A stretch of DNA of 64,000 nucleotides from Candidatus Kapaibacterium sp. (lineage in GTDB: Bacteria; Bacteroidota; Ignavibacteria; Kapaibacteriales; UBA2268), in the NCBI GenBank assembly GCA_963665665.1, contig OY762428.1, positions 4,704,001 to 4,768,000 of the forward strand. The letters run 5' to 3'. A model generated the notes under the pieces. The model saw only the letters and a list, made by a program, of their open reading frames with translations. It was not told where the DNA came from and did no database searches. The position numbers were made by a program, and so were the translations under genes. Positions 21,492 through 31,571 of this stretch are shown here, piece after piece (position 1 is the first letter of the stretch; each line of letters starts with the position of its first letter).

Positions 21492-22494
21492 CCACATTGA
21501 ATTTGCCAATCCCGAACTGCTTTGGCTTTTACTGATCATTCCTATTCTTGCAATATGGCATTTTTTCAGGCTGAGGAAATTGTCACCTGCAATAAATATT
21601 TCTGATTCCTCACCGGTTTTGGCAGTTAAACCGACAATAAGGCAAAGGCTGCGTCATATATTACCTATTTTCCGTCTTATTGCTATTGGATTGCTTGTTG
21701 TAGTGTTGGCAAGGCCGCAATCAAAGCTAAGCGGAAAATCTGTTCATACCGAGGGTATTGATATTGTAATGGCGCTTGATGTTTCAACATCCATGCTCGC
21801 CGAAGATTTTAAACCCAACAGGATTGAAGCAGCAAAGAAAACAGCCTCCGAGTTTATTAAAATGCGTGAAAACGACCGGATTGGCCTGGTGATATTCAGT
21901 GGCGAGAGCTTTACACAATGTCCCATTACAATTGATCATGACGTACTGTTGAATATGTTCTCATCAATCAAAAGCGGTATGATTGAGGACGGTACTGCAA
22001 TCGGTATGGGGCTTGCCACTGCAGTTAACAGGCTGAAGGACAGTAAGGCAAAAAGTAAGGTGGTGATCCTGCTGACCGACGGAGTCAATAATACGGGCTT
22101 TGTTGCTCCTGAAACAGCAGCCGATATTGCCAAAACCTATGGAGTAAGGGTGTATACAATTGGTGTTGGTACCAGAGGCATGGCTCCTTATCCTGCAAAA
22201 TTTAAAACCTGGGGAGGCCAGGTTGTTACAAAGTATCAGAACATTGAAGTAAATATTGATGAAGATGTACTAAAAAGTATCGCATCTATTACCGACGGTA
22301 AATATTTCCGGGCAACCAATAATAAAAGCCTCGAGAAGATTTATTCAGAAATCGACGAGATGGAGAAAACCCGTATTTTCGATTCATATTATAATAAATA
22401 TAATGAGGAATTTTTGCCTTTTGCATTGTTGGCAGCAGGGCTTCTCCTGCTTGAGATACTTCTTAGATATACATGGCTTCGTGTATTACCTTAG
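21484..22494 (+). CDS. batA: BatA VWA-domain protein
   Basis: FANPELLWLL, LARPQ, MIDAS DVSTSM, DGTAIGMGL, LLTDG; start set at ATG 21484. Confidence 0.88.
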   Translation: MFDHIEFANPELLWLLLIIPILAIWHFFRLRKLSPAINISDSSPVLAVKPTIRQRLRHILPIFRLIAIGLLVVVLARPQSKLSGKSVHTEGIDIVMALDVSTSMLAEDFKPNRIEAAKKTASEFIKMRENDRIGLVIFSGESFTQCPITIDHDVLLNMFSSIKSGMIEDGTAIGMGLATAVNRLKDSKAKSKVVILLTDGVNNTGFVAPETAADIAKTYGVRVYTIGVGTRGMAPYPAKFKTWGGQVVTKYQNIEVNIDEDVLKSIASITDGKYFRATNNKSLEKIYSEIDEMEKTRIFDSYYNKYNEEFLPFALLAAGLLLLEILLRYTWLRVLP

Positions 22495-22749
22495 ATTTAT
22501 TTATCAATTTCTATACAAAGAACCTTCTGAAAACAAAGATTTTTTGGAAGGTTTTTATTTTGATTAAAAAAAATAGATTTACCAAATAAGATATTATAGA
22601 ATGAGTAAATAAGATTTTAAAAAATATTCTGATATAATTGATAAAACAAATTTTATAATTAAGCATTTATTATTTGTAAATTCTCTTCGCCGCACTTAAA
22701 TTGACATTAAGCTGGATTGTTTTTTCGGCAGGGAGTATATATAGTATAA

Positions 22750-23727
22750 ATGAAAAAAAAGAGATCCATAACTTTTATTGATATTTCTTCACCGGTATTT
22801 GCACCCGGTTTGGGAATATTTGCATCTATATTACTAAGTTTAATAACACTTGTTTCTGGTTATTTATCGGACTCTGTACTGCTGTTTACTAACGGATTAT
22901 TGTGGTCCTCGGATATTATTCTTACTATACTCTACTATTTAGCTGTTAAACAGAGAATGAAAACTCCGGATGAAAAATTTATTCGGGGATATGGAAAATT
23001 TGAATCTCTGGGTAAGGTTCTTTTATTTATGCTGCATCTGATAATTTTATTTATTTATTTATTACCCGGAGTTTTCAATATTAGCGAAGGCAGTCCTGAT
23101 AATTTCTCCCTGATGGCAGGTGTTGTAATTCTTTCTGTACTTATTATCCGTTTTGTCATATTTCTTCATACGAGTTCAGGAAGGCAGTTTAATCTTGAAT
23201 TATTGGATTATGGCGCTTTGCTTTGGAAAAAGGAGCAAATGGCTGATATCCCTTTGCTGATTATCATTATGGCTATTGGCTGGAATAGTATTTACGGATT
23301 TGCAGGGATAAATCCTTATTTTGATAAAATATCAGCAATTTTTCTGTTTATCTTCTTTTTTGTAAAAAATAGTGCTGATTTGAAATGGGCGTTTAAATTG
23401 CTTCTGGACAATGATATACCGGAAAATATCCAATATTCTGTTCTTAAGGCTATTGCTGATAATTTCGACAGCATCTGCGAATACCGTAATATGAGGTTTA
23501 CCAGAAGGAAAGAAAGGATAATAATTGATCTGGATATTGTTATGCCGGATGATTTTTCGCTCAGTGAAAAATATTCCCTTGAGAAAAGATTAAGCGATGA
23601 TGTTGCTGAAGAATTCCCTGAAGCTACAGTCAGGATTTATGCTATGCCATGCAATATGGAATGCGGTGTGGCAAAAACTACATTTTGTCCTTTAAAAAAA
23701 CATGAAACCAGGAACGGAGATAAATAA
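22750..23727 (+). CDS. Cation diffusion facilitator-like membrane protein (divergent)
   Basis: About 6 TM helices, PDEKFIRGYGKFESL loop motif, C-terminal dimerisation-like domain; metal-ligand residues not conserved. Confidence 0.65.
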   Translation: MKKKRSITFIDISSPVFAPGLGIFASILLSLITLVSGYLSDSVLLFTNGLLWSSDIILTILYYLAVKQRMKTPDEKFIRGYGKFESLGKVLLFMLHLIILFIYLLPGVFNISEGSPDNFSLMAGVVILSVLIIRFVIFLHTSSGRQFNLELLDYGALLWKKEQMADIPLLIIIMAIGWNSIYGFAGINPYFDKISAIFLFIFFFVKNSADLKWAFKLLLDNDIPENIQYSVLKAIADNFDSICEYRNMRFTRRKERIIIDLDIVMPDDFSLSEKYSLEKRLSDDVAEEFPEATVRIYAMPCNMECGVAKTTFCPLKKHETRNGDK

Positions 23728-23730
23728 TAC

Positions 23731-24765
23731 ATGAGCTCTGATAGTAAATTTAATCCTCTGACTTCTGCTTCTGATAAACTGCCTGATGATGAACTTGATG
23801 TAGCTCTCAGGCCGTCGAATTTCGATGAGTTTACAGGGCAGAAAAAAATTACCGAAAACCTTAAAATATTTATTGCAGCTGCAAGAAAACGAAAAGAAGC
23901 CCTCGACCATGTTTTGCTGACCGGACCTCCGGGACTTGGTAAAACAACACTCAGCTATATTATAGCAAAGGAAATGGAAGCCAATATTAAGATTACTTCC
24001 GGGCCTGTACTTGAAAAACCCGGTGACCTTGCCGGAATTTTGACCAACCTGGAAAAGGGCGATGTGCTGTTTATTGATGAAATTCACAGGCTGTCGCCAA
24101 TAGTTGAGGAATATTTATATTCGGCAATGGAAGAATTTCGGCTCGATATAATGATAGATTCAGGCCCTGCGGCAAGGAGTATTCAGCTTAGCTTACCACG
24201 CTTTACGCTTATTGGTGCAACAACCCGTGCCGGCCTTTTAACGGCTCCCTTAAGATCCCGCTTTGGTGTAATAAACCGCCTGGATTATTACAATTCCGAA
24301 GAACTTGCAAAAGTAGTGAAAAGGTCGGCTGCCCTGCTTGATGTACCGATTATTGAAGACGGAGCTGTTGAAATTGCTTCCCGTTCCAGGGGTACTCCGA
24401 GGATTTCTAACCGGCTCTTGCGGCGTACCAGGGATTTTGCTGAAGTGAAAGGAAATGGAACGGTCACGATTGAAATAGCAAGAATTGCACTTGAGGCTCT
24501 TGATGTAGATCAGTTCGGACTGGATGAAATGGACAAAAGAATTCTGCTGTCGATTATCGAGAAATTCAACGGTGGCCCTGTCGGGCTGAATACAGTTGCA
24601 GTTGCAGTAGGAGAGGAACCCGGAACAATCGAGGAAGTATACGAACCTTTCCTGATTCAGCAGGGATTCATACATCGCACACCAAGGGGACGGGTTGCAA
24701 CCAGCTTATGTTATAAGCATTTCGGTATAAAAAGAAAAGAAGATAATCCGGGGCTTTTTGACTGA
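23731..24765 (+). CDS. ruvB: Holliday junction branch migration helicase RuvB
   Basis: [46 protein letters not shown]. Confidence 0.97.
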   Translation: MSSDSKFNPLTSASDKLPDDELDVALRPSNFDEFTGQKKITENLKIFIAAARKRKEALDHVLLTGPPGLGKTTLSYIIAKEMEANIKITSGPVLEKPGDLAGILTNLEKGDVLFIDEIHRLSPIVEEYLYSAMEEFRLDIMIDSGPAARSIQLSLPRFTLIGATTRAGLLTAPLRSRFGVINRLDYYNSEELAKVVKRSAALLDVPIIEDGAVEIASRSRGTPRISNRLLRRTRDFAEVKGNGTVTIEIARIALEALDVDQFGLDEMDKRILLSIIEKFNGGPVGLNTVAVAVGEEPGTIEEVYEPFLIQQGFIHRTPRGRVATSLCYKHFGIKRKEDNPGLFD

Positions 24766-25094
24766 TGGATAATAATTACTTTAATTTTTTTGAGGATATT
24801 CCTGATTCATCAACCGGGGAGGTTTTTCAGGATATTCTTAAAACCGGCAACGTCCGTATTGAAAGAATTGTTTCTTCTGGTCAGGCTTCACCTCCGGGTT
24901 TTTGGTATGATCAGGAGTGGGACGAGTGGGTTCTTCTACTTAAAGGTGCAGCTGTAGTGAAATTCTATGATAATAAATTTTATAATCTGCTTCCGGGTAA
25001 AAGTCTTTTTATCCCTGCTGGCAGAAAACACAGGGTTGAGTCAACTTCGTTAGAATGCGAAACAATCTGGTTGGCGATACATATTGAAAATTAA
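24765..25094 (+). CDS. Cupin domain protein
   Basis: VRIERIVSSGQASPPGFWYDQ..DEWV, HRVE, TIWLAIH. Confidence 0.85.
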   Translation: MDNNYFNFFEDIPDSSTGEVFQDILKTGNVRIERIVSSGQASPPGFWYDQEWDEWVLLLKGAAVVKFYDNKFYNLLPGKSLFIPAGRKHRVESTSLECETIWLAIHIEN

Positions 25095-25109
25095 CATCAA
25101 AATAAAATT

Positions 25110-25140
25110 AAAACCCGGAATGATAATATCCCGGGTTTTT
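25110..25140. terminator. Bidirectional terminator-like hairpin
   Basis: AAAACCCGG...CCGGGTTTT between convergent genes. Confidence 0.6.
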
Positions 25141-25178
25141 AAGATCAGCCCTCTGCCAAATTAGGGATGATACTCCGA

Positions 25179-26510
25179 TTAAAGGTTTACAACGGTCATA
25201 AGGAATGCCCAGTAAGGCATGTCTTCATTAACCCAAATCTTCTTCATTAGGTCGCCCTGGAGGAAAGTAGCAGCACCGCCAACAAGTTTGGCACCTTTAG
25301 TAATTTTGTATACAAGCTGCAAATCAATTTCCTGGCCAAAATCAGTAGGGTCGTCATCCATGCTGCTATTAGCCATAAAGTGATGGAAAGTTATCGATGG
25401 TATCCATTTTGATTTCTTTGTTCCATACTTAAAAGTTGCAAAAATATCATTAACACCGTGGTTGGCTGTGCCCGGGCCAACAGCAAGGAAATAATCCATC
25501 AGGCCAAGAAATTTATGTTTGGAACCCATGTAAACATCAATAAGAGTAATTTTATCACTTTCTTCAGGGTCCTGCCCTGAATACATTTCGATACCTGCTG
25601 TTATTGTCAAAGGTTTCAGTTTAATATCTGCTGTTGCAGACAAAAGATAGGCAGCGATATCTTTTGCAACAAACGTTTCACCTAAAGCGATTGTTTTAGT
25701 ACCCATCTGATAAGCAAATTCAAAATGAGGACTAATATTGCCAAATGTTGCGTTATAATGAATGCCGGATGTTATTCTTGATAAATTGTCTTTATCTTCA
25801 AGTGACTGTGTCCTGTCATTTTCGAAAAATGAGAACAGACTGATCGAATTATCTTTAACAGCTGTAGTATTGAGCCACAAACCATATACTCCGTATGAAG
25901 GATCAAGGTTTCCACTGGCTTCTGAATATGTTTTGCCGGGAATTATCTTCAAAATATAACCAGGTCCGCTGGTATGATTTGTATGGAAATACTCCGCTTT
26001 GAATTTTTCTGTATGATATTTGAGCCTTAAACCGTCGAAGGCTCTTTCGTTCATTCTCCAGAAACTATTTCCAATAAAACGGCCATTGTCGTAATTCATG
26101 ATAAAGCGGCCAGCCTGAATAGCAAGAGGACTATTGAAAACATTTTTGAATTCAAGATAACCTTCCTGTAAATCAAGATTATGCAAATCTTCTACAGGGC
26201 TGCCCTCAGAGCCCCAAACTCTTGAATCCCGTATATCAACTTTGAAAAGTATGTCTTCTCCAAGTGTTTTTTCAACTCCAAGCCGTACTTTCATAAATGT
26301 ATAACTGATCGGATCAGTGTCACTGTTGAAATCTTTTGCATCCATTTGTGTAGTCATGTGGCCAAGGCCGCTGAATTTCCAGCCGTCGGTCAGGATGTTG
26401 CCGGATTCCTTTTGAGAGAAAGCAGTATTAGTGAAGGCTAAGATTGTAATTAGTATGATAAAAATTCTAATCATAAGTAAACCCCTGTAATAAAACAAAT
26501 TTAATAGCAT
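25179..26510 (-). CDS. Alginate export family outer-membrane beta-barrel
   Basis: DSRVWG, LQEGY, AGR, RAFDGLR, HKFLGLMDYF, GQEIDL. Confidence 0.75.
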   Translation of the reverse strand: MLLNLFYYRGLLMIRIFIILITILAFTNTAFSQKESGNILTDGWKFSGLGHMTTQMDAKDFNSDTDPISYTFMKVRLGVEKTLGEDILFKVDIRDSRVWGSEGSPVEDLHNLDLQEGYLEFKNVFNSPLAIQAGRFIMNYDNGRFIGNSFWRMNERAFDGLRLKYHTEKFKAEYFHTNHTSGPGYILKIIPGKTYSEASGNLDPSYGVYGLWLNTTAVKDNSISLFSFFENDRTQSLEDKDNLSRITSGIHYNATFGNISPHFEFAYQMGTKTIALGETFVAKDIAAYLLSATADIKLKPLTITAGIEMYSGQDPEESDKITLIDVYMGSKHKFLGLMDYFLAVGPGTANHGVNDIFATFKYGTKKSKWIPSITFHHFMANSSMDDDPTDFGQEIDLQLVYKITKGAKLVGGAATFLQGDLMKKIWVNEDMPYWAFLMTVVNL

Positions 26511-26612
26511 TGCTAATCAGTAATATAATTTAACAAAATATTTTATAAATAAAAATTATTATTTTGTAAATCAAATAAATTTAATTTTTGTAATAAAGTT
26601 TAGGGTTATAAA

Positions 26613-27047
26613 ATGGATCAATTTATAAAAGAAGCAATAAAAGAGGCCCGTACCGGCCTTGATGAAGGCGGAATACCTATTGGCTCAGTACTTGTGAAAG
26701 ATGACAAAATAATCGGCAGGGGTCACAACAAAAGGGTTCAGGATGCTGATCCGATAACACATGCTGAAATTGACTGCCTGAGGAATGCGGGGCGGGTTGG
26801 CAGCTATCGCGGAACAACATTGTATTCAACTTTGATGCCCTGCTATTTATGTGCCGGCGCTGTTGTTCAATTCGGAATTAAAAAAGTTATTGCAGGAGAA
26901 TCAGAGACATTTCCCGGAGCCAGGGAGTTTATGGAATCCCACGGTGTGGAAGTGATTGACCTGGATTTGGATGAATGCAAACAAATGATGAGTAAATTCA
27001 TCGATGAAAAACCGGAATTATGGAATGAAGACATCGGCGAGTTATGA
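26613..27047 (+). CDS. Cytosine/nucleoside deaminase (CDA fold)
   Basis: GGIPIGSVL, HAE...PCYLC zinc motif, WNEDIG. Confidence 0.88.
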   Translation: MDQFIKEAIKEARTGLDEGGIPIGSVLVKDDKIIGRGHNKRVQDADPITHAEIDCLRNAGRVGSYRGTTLYSTLMPCYLCAGAVVQFGIKKVIAGESETFPGAREFMESHGVEVIDLDLDECKQMMSKFIDEKPELWNEDIGEL

Positions 27048-27177
27048 GCAGGATAACTTCTCTTATGCACAGAATATTTAATACCTCACAAGCAAATAGC
27101 ATTTGAAATCAATGTTTATCGGGAAAAAATGTTATTTTTGAAAAAAGTTGTATTTACAAATTTGAAACGAGGACTAA

Positions 27178-27984
27178 ATGAAAATCAAGTTTTTACCATT
27201 AATTCTGATCTTTGCTGCAATGGTTTCCTGCGGAAACAGCGGTGATAACCCCGATCAGTCGGCAGACCTGGCTAAACCGGAAAAAGACAACCAAAAGATT
27301 AGCTATGCGATTGCAACAATGATTGCAAACCAGATAAAAGCCGATTCAATTGATCTTGATTACGACTATTTCCTTCTTGGGTTGAAAAATGTAATTGAAG
27401 GTGATTCCCTGATGCTTAGCCAGGAAGAAATGCAGGAAGTAATGAACAAACATCAGCAGAAAGTAATGGAAAGCCAGAAAGCAAAAATGCTTGAAGACCA
27501 GAAAAAAATGCAGATGGCTGATTCTGTGAATAAAGAACGCGGCCCGAAATTCCTTGAAGAAAATAAAAAGAAACCAGGTGTGAAAGTTAGCGCCAGCGGA
27601 CTTCAGTTTGAAGCACTAAAAGAAGGAAGCGGCAAGACTCCTGCAAAAGATGAAATGATAAAAGTTAACATCAAGGGGATGTTTATTGACGGAACAGTAT
27701 TTGACGATTCAGAGCAAAGACAAAAGGGCGGAATTGAGATTCCTGTGTCTGCTCCCGGTTTATTCCTCGGCCTGATCGAAGGATTCCAGATGATGAAAGA
27801 AGGCGGAAAATACAGGCTTGTACTTCCTCCTGAAATTGGCAGTGGTAAAGAGGCAAGGCCACCTTTCCCGGCAAATGCTGTACTGATATTTGAAGTTGAA
27901 TTACTTGAAATTACAGGAAAAGCACCTGCCATGAACCAGCAGCCCGGTATGCAGCAGGCTCCACCGCCGCCTCCCGGAAACTAA
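27178..27984 (+). CDS. FKBP-type peptidyl-prolyl isomerase, lipoprotein (FkpA/Mip-like)
   Basis: Lipobox VSC, KISYAIA N domain, ASGLQF, DGTVFD, LIFEVELL. Confidence 0.88.
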   Translation: MKIKFLPLILIFAAMVSCGNSGDNPDQSADLAKPEKDNQKISYAIATMIANQIKADSIDLDYDYFLLGLKNVIEGDSLMLSQEEMQEVMNKHQQKVMESQKAKMLEDQKKMQMADSVNKERGPKFLEENKKKPGVKVSASGLQFEALKEGSGKTPAKDEMIKVNIKGMFIDGTVFDDSEQRQKGGIEIPVSAPGLFLGLIEGFQMMKEGGKYRLVLPPEIGSGKEARPPFPANAVLIFEVELLEITGKAPAMNQQPGMQQAPPPPPGN

Positions 27985-27992
27985 TAAATGTT

Positions 27993-28030
27993 AAAAAAAA
28001 GCAGTATCATTTCCGATACTGCTTTTTTTT
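27993..28030. terminator. Bidirectional intrinsic terminator
   Basis: A8-GCAGTATC / GATACTGC-T8 between convergent FKBP and xerD genes. Confidence 0.8.
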
Positions 28031-28171
28031 GTCGTATACCAATTTCTTGATCAAAGTGTAACAGGATATAAAATCTCAATACCACTGAAGAAGTAAGTTG
28101 TAAATATCCCGTGAATTCCGAATGTCTGAATTTGCAAGGAGTTCATGTTCTCGGATAAAGCATTTTTGATA

Positions 28172-29116
28172 TTATTTGTTAGCTCTCGGGTGGAAAGTTC
28201 TGTGCACTTCTTTGATGAATTCACGATCCACGTGAGTGTATATTTGTGTTGTGGAAATGTCCGAATGTCCGAGCATTTCCTGAACTGCGCGCAGGTCTGC
28301 ACCGCCTTCCAGCAGGTGAGTTGCAAAGGAGTGCCTGAATGTATGCGGATGAACTGATTTTTCTATTCCGGCTTTGCGGGTGTATTTGTCGATAAATTTC
28401 CAAATAGCCATCCGAGAAAGCCCTTTGCCACGCTGATTTAGAAATAAAATATCAGCACTTGCATCCATACTTCTGATAAATCTGAGCCTGGGGCCTTTTT
28501 GGTATTTTTCAATCCATTTCAAAGCTGAACTGCCTATTGGAACTATCCTTTCCTTCGAACCTTTTCCGAATACCCTGATTATTTCAGCATCAAATATTAT
28601 ATCCCTTTGTTTTATATTCAGCAATTCACTTACACGTAAGCCGCAGGCATACATTGTTTCAAGTATTGCCTTGTCCCTTACTCCGGCATCTGTTTCTATA
28701 TCCGGTTGGGCCAATATTTTATCAATTTCATTAACAGATAGTGTATCAGGCAATTTACGCCTTACTTTCGGAAGGTCAATTGTTTCAGCAGGATTGGCAT
28801 TTGCTTTTCCTGTGGCCTGCAAATATTTATAAAAAGTTCTTACAGATGATAAATAGCGTCCGCGTGTACTTGCTTCAAGGCCGTTTTCAGAAAGAAGTAC
28901 AAAAAAATTCCGGATACTGTTCCTGTCGGTATCAACAAGAGAATTTTTTCCAATATAATCAACATATTCTGCAAAACGGGCAAGGTCGTGCCTGTAGGAA
29001 GATATAGTATTATCAGAAAGCCCCTTTTCAAGCCTGATATGATTTATAAATCCTTTTATTTCCCTTTTAAAAGCCTTCAAATTACCAGGATCAGTTTTTG
29101 CCCTGTGCTCCGCCAT
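28172..29116 (-). CDS. xerD: Site-specific tyrosine recombinase XerD
   Basis: CGLRVSEL, GKGSKERIVP, HPHTFRHSFATHLLEGGADLR, LGHSDISTTQIYTHV, HPRA. Confidence 0.92.
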   Translation of the reverse strand: MAEHRAKTDPGNLKAFKREIKGFINHIRLEKGLSDNTISSYRHDLARFAEYVDYIGKNSLVDTDRNSIRNFFVLLSENGLEASTRGRYLSSVRTFYKYLQATGKANANPAETIDLPKVRRKLPDTLSVNEIDKILAQPDIETDAGVRDKAILETMYACGLRVSELLNIKQRDIIFDAEIIRVFGKGSKERIVPIGSSALKWIEKYQKGPRLRFIRSMDASADILFLNQRGKGLSRMAIWKFIDKYTRKAGIEKSVHPHTFRHSFATHLLEGGADLRAVQEMLGHSDISTTQIYTHVDREFIKEVHRTFHPRANK

Positions 29117-31331
29117 CGTTGTTTTCCTGTTTTGGAATTTCTTTATATTTTACTCGTTTATGAGCCATTCCTGCCATGTTTTTAATACAGGTTTCCTTAA
29201 TAATATTTAGTTCTTTAAGTGTAATATCGCAGTCGTCGAACTGACCGTCGAGAATTCTTTCTTCGATTATTCTTTCTATTGCCCTGGCAAATCCTTCCTT
29301 ATCATCAGCCATTAATCTGGACAGAGCTTCTGCCGTATCGCAAATCATAATAATAACAGCTTCCCTGGTTTTAGGTTTGGGCCCCGGGTATCTGAAGTCA
29401 TTTTCATCAACGGGCTGTCCCTGGCTTTCTTCAACTGCTTTGGCATAGAAATGTTTTATCAGGGTTGTTCCGTGATGCATAGGTATAAAGTCGAGCAGTC
29501 TTTGCGGCAGTTTGTATTGGCGTCCGAGCTTAGTACCTAATTCAACATGAGCTTTGATAGCTTCAGCACTTTTTTTCGGGGATATTTTATCATGCTTGTT
29601 CTGAATGTCCTCCTGGTTTTCGCTGAAGTATTCCGGCTTCATCATTTTACCAATATCATGGAAGTAGGCTCCTACTTTTGCAAGCAGGGGATTAGCACCG
29701 ATTGCAGAAGCACATCTTTCAGCCATAGTTGCCAGGGATAATGTATGCTGATATGTTCCCGGAGCTGTTTCACTCATTTTAATTATCAGCGGATGGTTCA
29801 GGTTGTCGTATTCTTTAATTCGCAGGTCGGTGGCAATATTCGAGGCCCTGTCCAGCAGGAAGAGCAATCCGAATGTAACAAGCGGAGAAAATACCGAGTT
29901 AAGAAGGCCAATAGACATACGATAAACAATTGTGATAGATTCGTCCGATCTTTCAAGCCCGAATGATACTATTGGTATTAATAAACCAATAAAAATGAAG
30001 AAAATTGACCGGTACATCTGGGTGCGGCTTTGAATATCCCTGACGGTGTATGCAGCGAGCATACCTGCTATCATCATCGCCGTGCTGGTTTCATAATCAT
30101 TGCCCCTTATTCCTGCAAGCATGAACGTCATTGCTACCGTGGTATAAAAGGCCGTTCTGGAATCGAACATAATAGCAACAAGCATTGATAATGCCGGCAG
30201 CAGAATAAAATATTCAATTGGGAAACGTGATATTACCTGTACTGAAAGCCACGACTGAAAAGCCACAAATATTAAGATACCTGATAATATACCAAGTTGT
30301 AAATTATCATAAAAATATCTTTTCCGCATAAAATAAAGGTATAATATCAGGATAGAATAAATCAACAGGGCATGCCCGAAGCTTCCGATAAATATCCAGG
30401 GTGAATACATCCGGTCGCTTTTCATAAAGGCGCTGCTACGATAAGACTGTAGCTTCTTTATTTGATCTTCGCTGACCCTGTCGCCCTTTTGAACAATTGT
30501 TTCTCCGTTTTTTACGATGCCTTCTGTTCTGGGAACGCTTTTTGTTGCAGCATCTTTTTCCTTGTCTGTTAGTTTTTGGTCATAAACCAGGTTGGGAACC
30601 AGAATTCTTGGGATTATTTCGTTTACAATGGGGATAAATTTTTCAGGTAGTTTAATTTTTAATTTTTTCTTGGCATCTTCCAGGAAAGTATTTGCATCAA
30701 GAATGTTAGATTTTTTAAAGACAGCCCTTTTGTTTGGCTGGGCAATGCTGATAATTTCATCGGTTTCTACAGCATCAATAGACACACTGATAAAGCCTTT
30801 CTTATAGGCGCGATTAAGATAACGTATTATTTCGCGTTCAATATTACTGATTTCGGCCTGTTTTTCTGCTTCTGTAAGTTCATAAAGTGGGGCAAGAAGT
30901 TTCTCTCCAAATATCTCCGTCTGCAGATCGTTTCCCTGAGGGCTTGCCGAAGGCAGGGCATCGGTAATTGATTCGAGCTTTATTTTTGCTTCAGCCAAAG
31001 CCTGATCATCGTAAATGAATACTTTTGGGCTTTTTTGCGCAGCTTCTCTGATTTCTAATTGATATTGCTCGTATGGTTTGTATACCGGGAAAGTGAATTC
31101 TGCCTTGATAGTTTGTTCGGGCCAGATATACCCCGGAACAAGACTATAGTCTTTAGCTTCATTTATCTTTTGTTCGAAATGTACGGTAAAGAAAAGTGCA
31201 CAAACAGCAATAGTCGTAAAAAACATAAGGATTTTGATTTTTATTGAGTATCTGGCACCGGTTTTATTGATTTCCGGGTCTGCTGCTTTTTCTTTTCTTA
31301 GTTGCTTGAATAAAGTATTTCTATTTGCCAT
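29091..31331 (-). CDS. 7TM-HD (HDIG) membrane phosphohydrolase, PgpH-like
   Basis: Extracytoplasmic domain, 7 TM helices, APGTYQH, FHDIGK, HHGT, FRYPGPKP. Confidence 0.9.
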   Translation of the reverse strand: MANRNTLFKQLRKEKAADPEINKTGARYSIKIKILMFFTTIAVCALFFTVHFEQKINEAKDYSLVPGYIWPEQTIKAEFTFPVYKPYEQYQLEIREAAQKSPKVFIYDDQALAEAKIKLESITDALPSASPQGNDLQTEIFGEKLLAPLYELTEAEKQAEISNIEREIIRYLNRAYKKGFISVSIDAVETDEIISIAQPNKRAVFKKSNILDANTFLEDAKKKLKIKLPEKFIPIVNEIIPRILVPNLVYDQKLTDKEKDAATKSVPRTEGIVKNGETIVQKGDRVSEDQIKKLQSYRSSAFMKSDRMYSPWIFIGSFGHALLIYSILILYLYFMRKRYFYDNLQLGILSGILIFVAFQSWLSVQVISRFPIEYFILLPALSMLVAIMFDSRTAFYTTVAMTFMLAGIRGNDYETSTAMMIAGMLAAYTVRDIQSRTQMYRSIFFIFIGLLIPIVSFGLERSDESITIVYRMSIGLLNSVFSPLVTFGLLFLLDRASNIATDLRIKEYDNLNHPLIIKMSETAPGTYQHTLSLATMAERCASAIGANPLLAKVGAYFHDIGKMMKPEYFSENQEDIQNKHDKISPKKSAEAIKAHVELGTKLGRQYKLPQRLLDFIPMHHGTTLIKHFYAKAVEESQGQPVDENDFRYPGPKPKTREAVIIMICDTAEALSRLMADDKEGFARAIERIIEERILDGQFDDCDITLKELNIIKETCIKNMAGMAHKRVKYKEIPKQENNDGGAQGKN

Positions 31332-31571
31332 GATTTATATTTTAAATTACTGAATATCTATAATATTAAAATAAAAAGAATCAGGCTATAAAAGAAGAAA
31401 TAAATGTAAATAAATGAACACAGGTAATGAATCAGTTCTGGCAAAGAAAAATGCTAATCCGCGACGCCTTGCTGCGGAATCCGTTTATGATTTTATCGGG
31501 TCAATTTTAAAAGTTGGGGATTAAATGCTGAATTGGAAGAAAAATACTCCCCAAAGGCCTGCTACTATATT

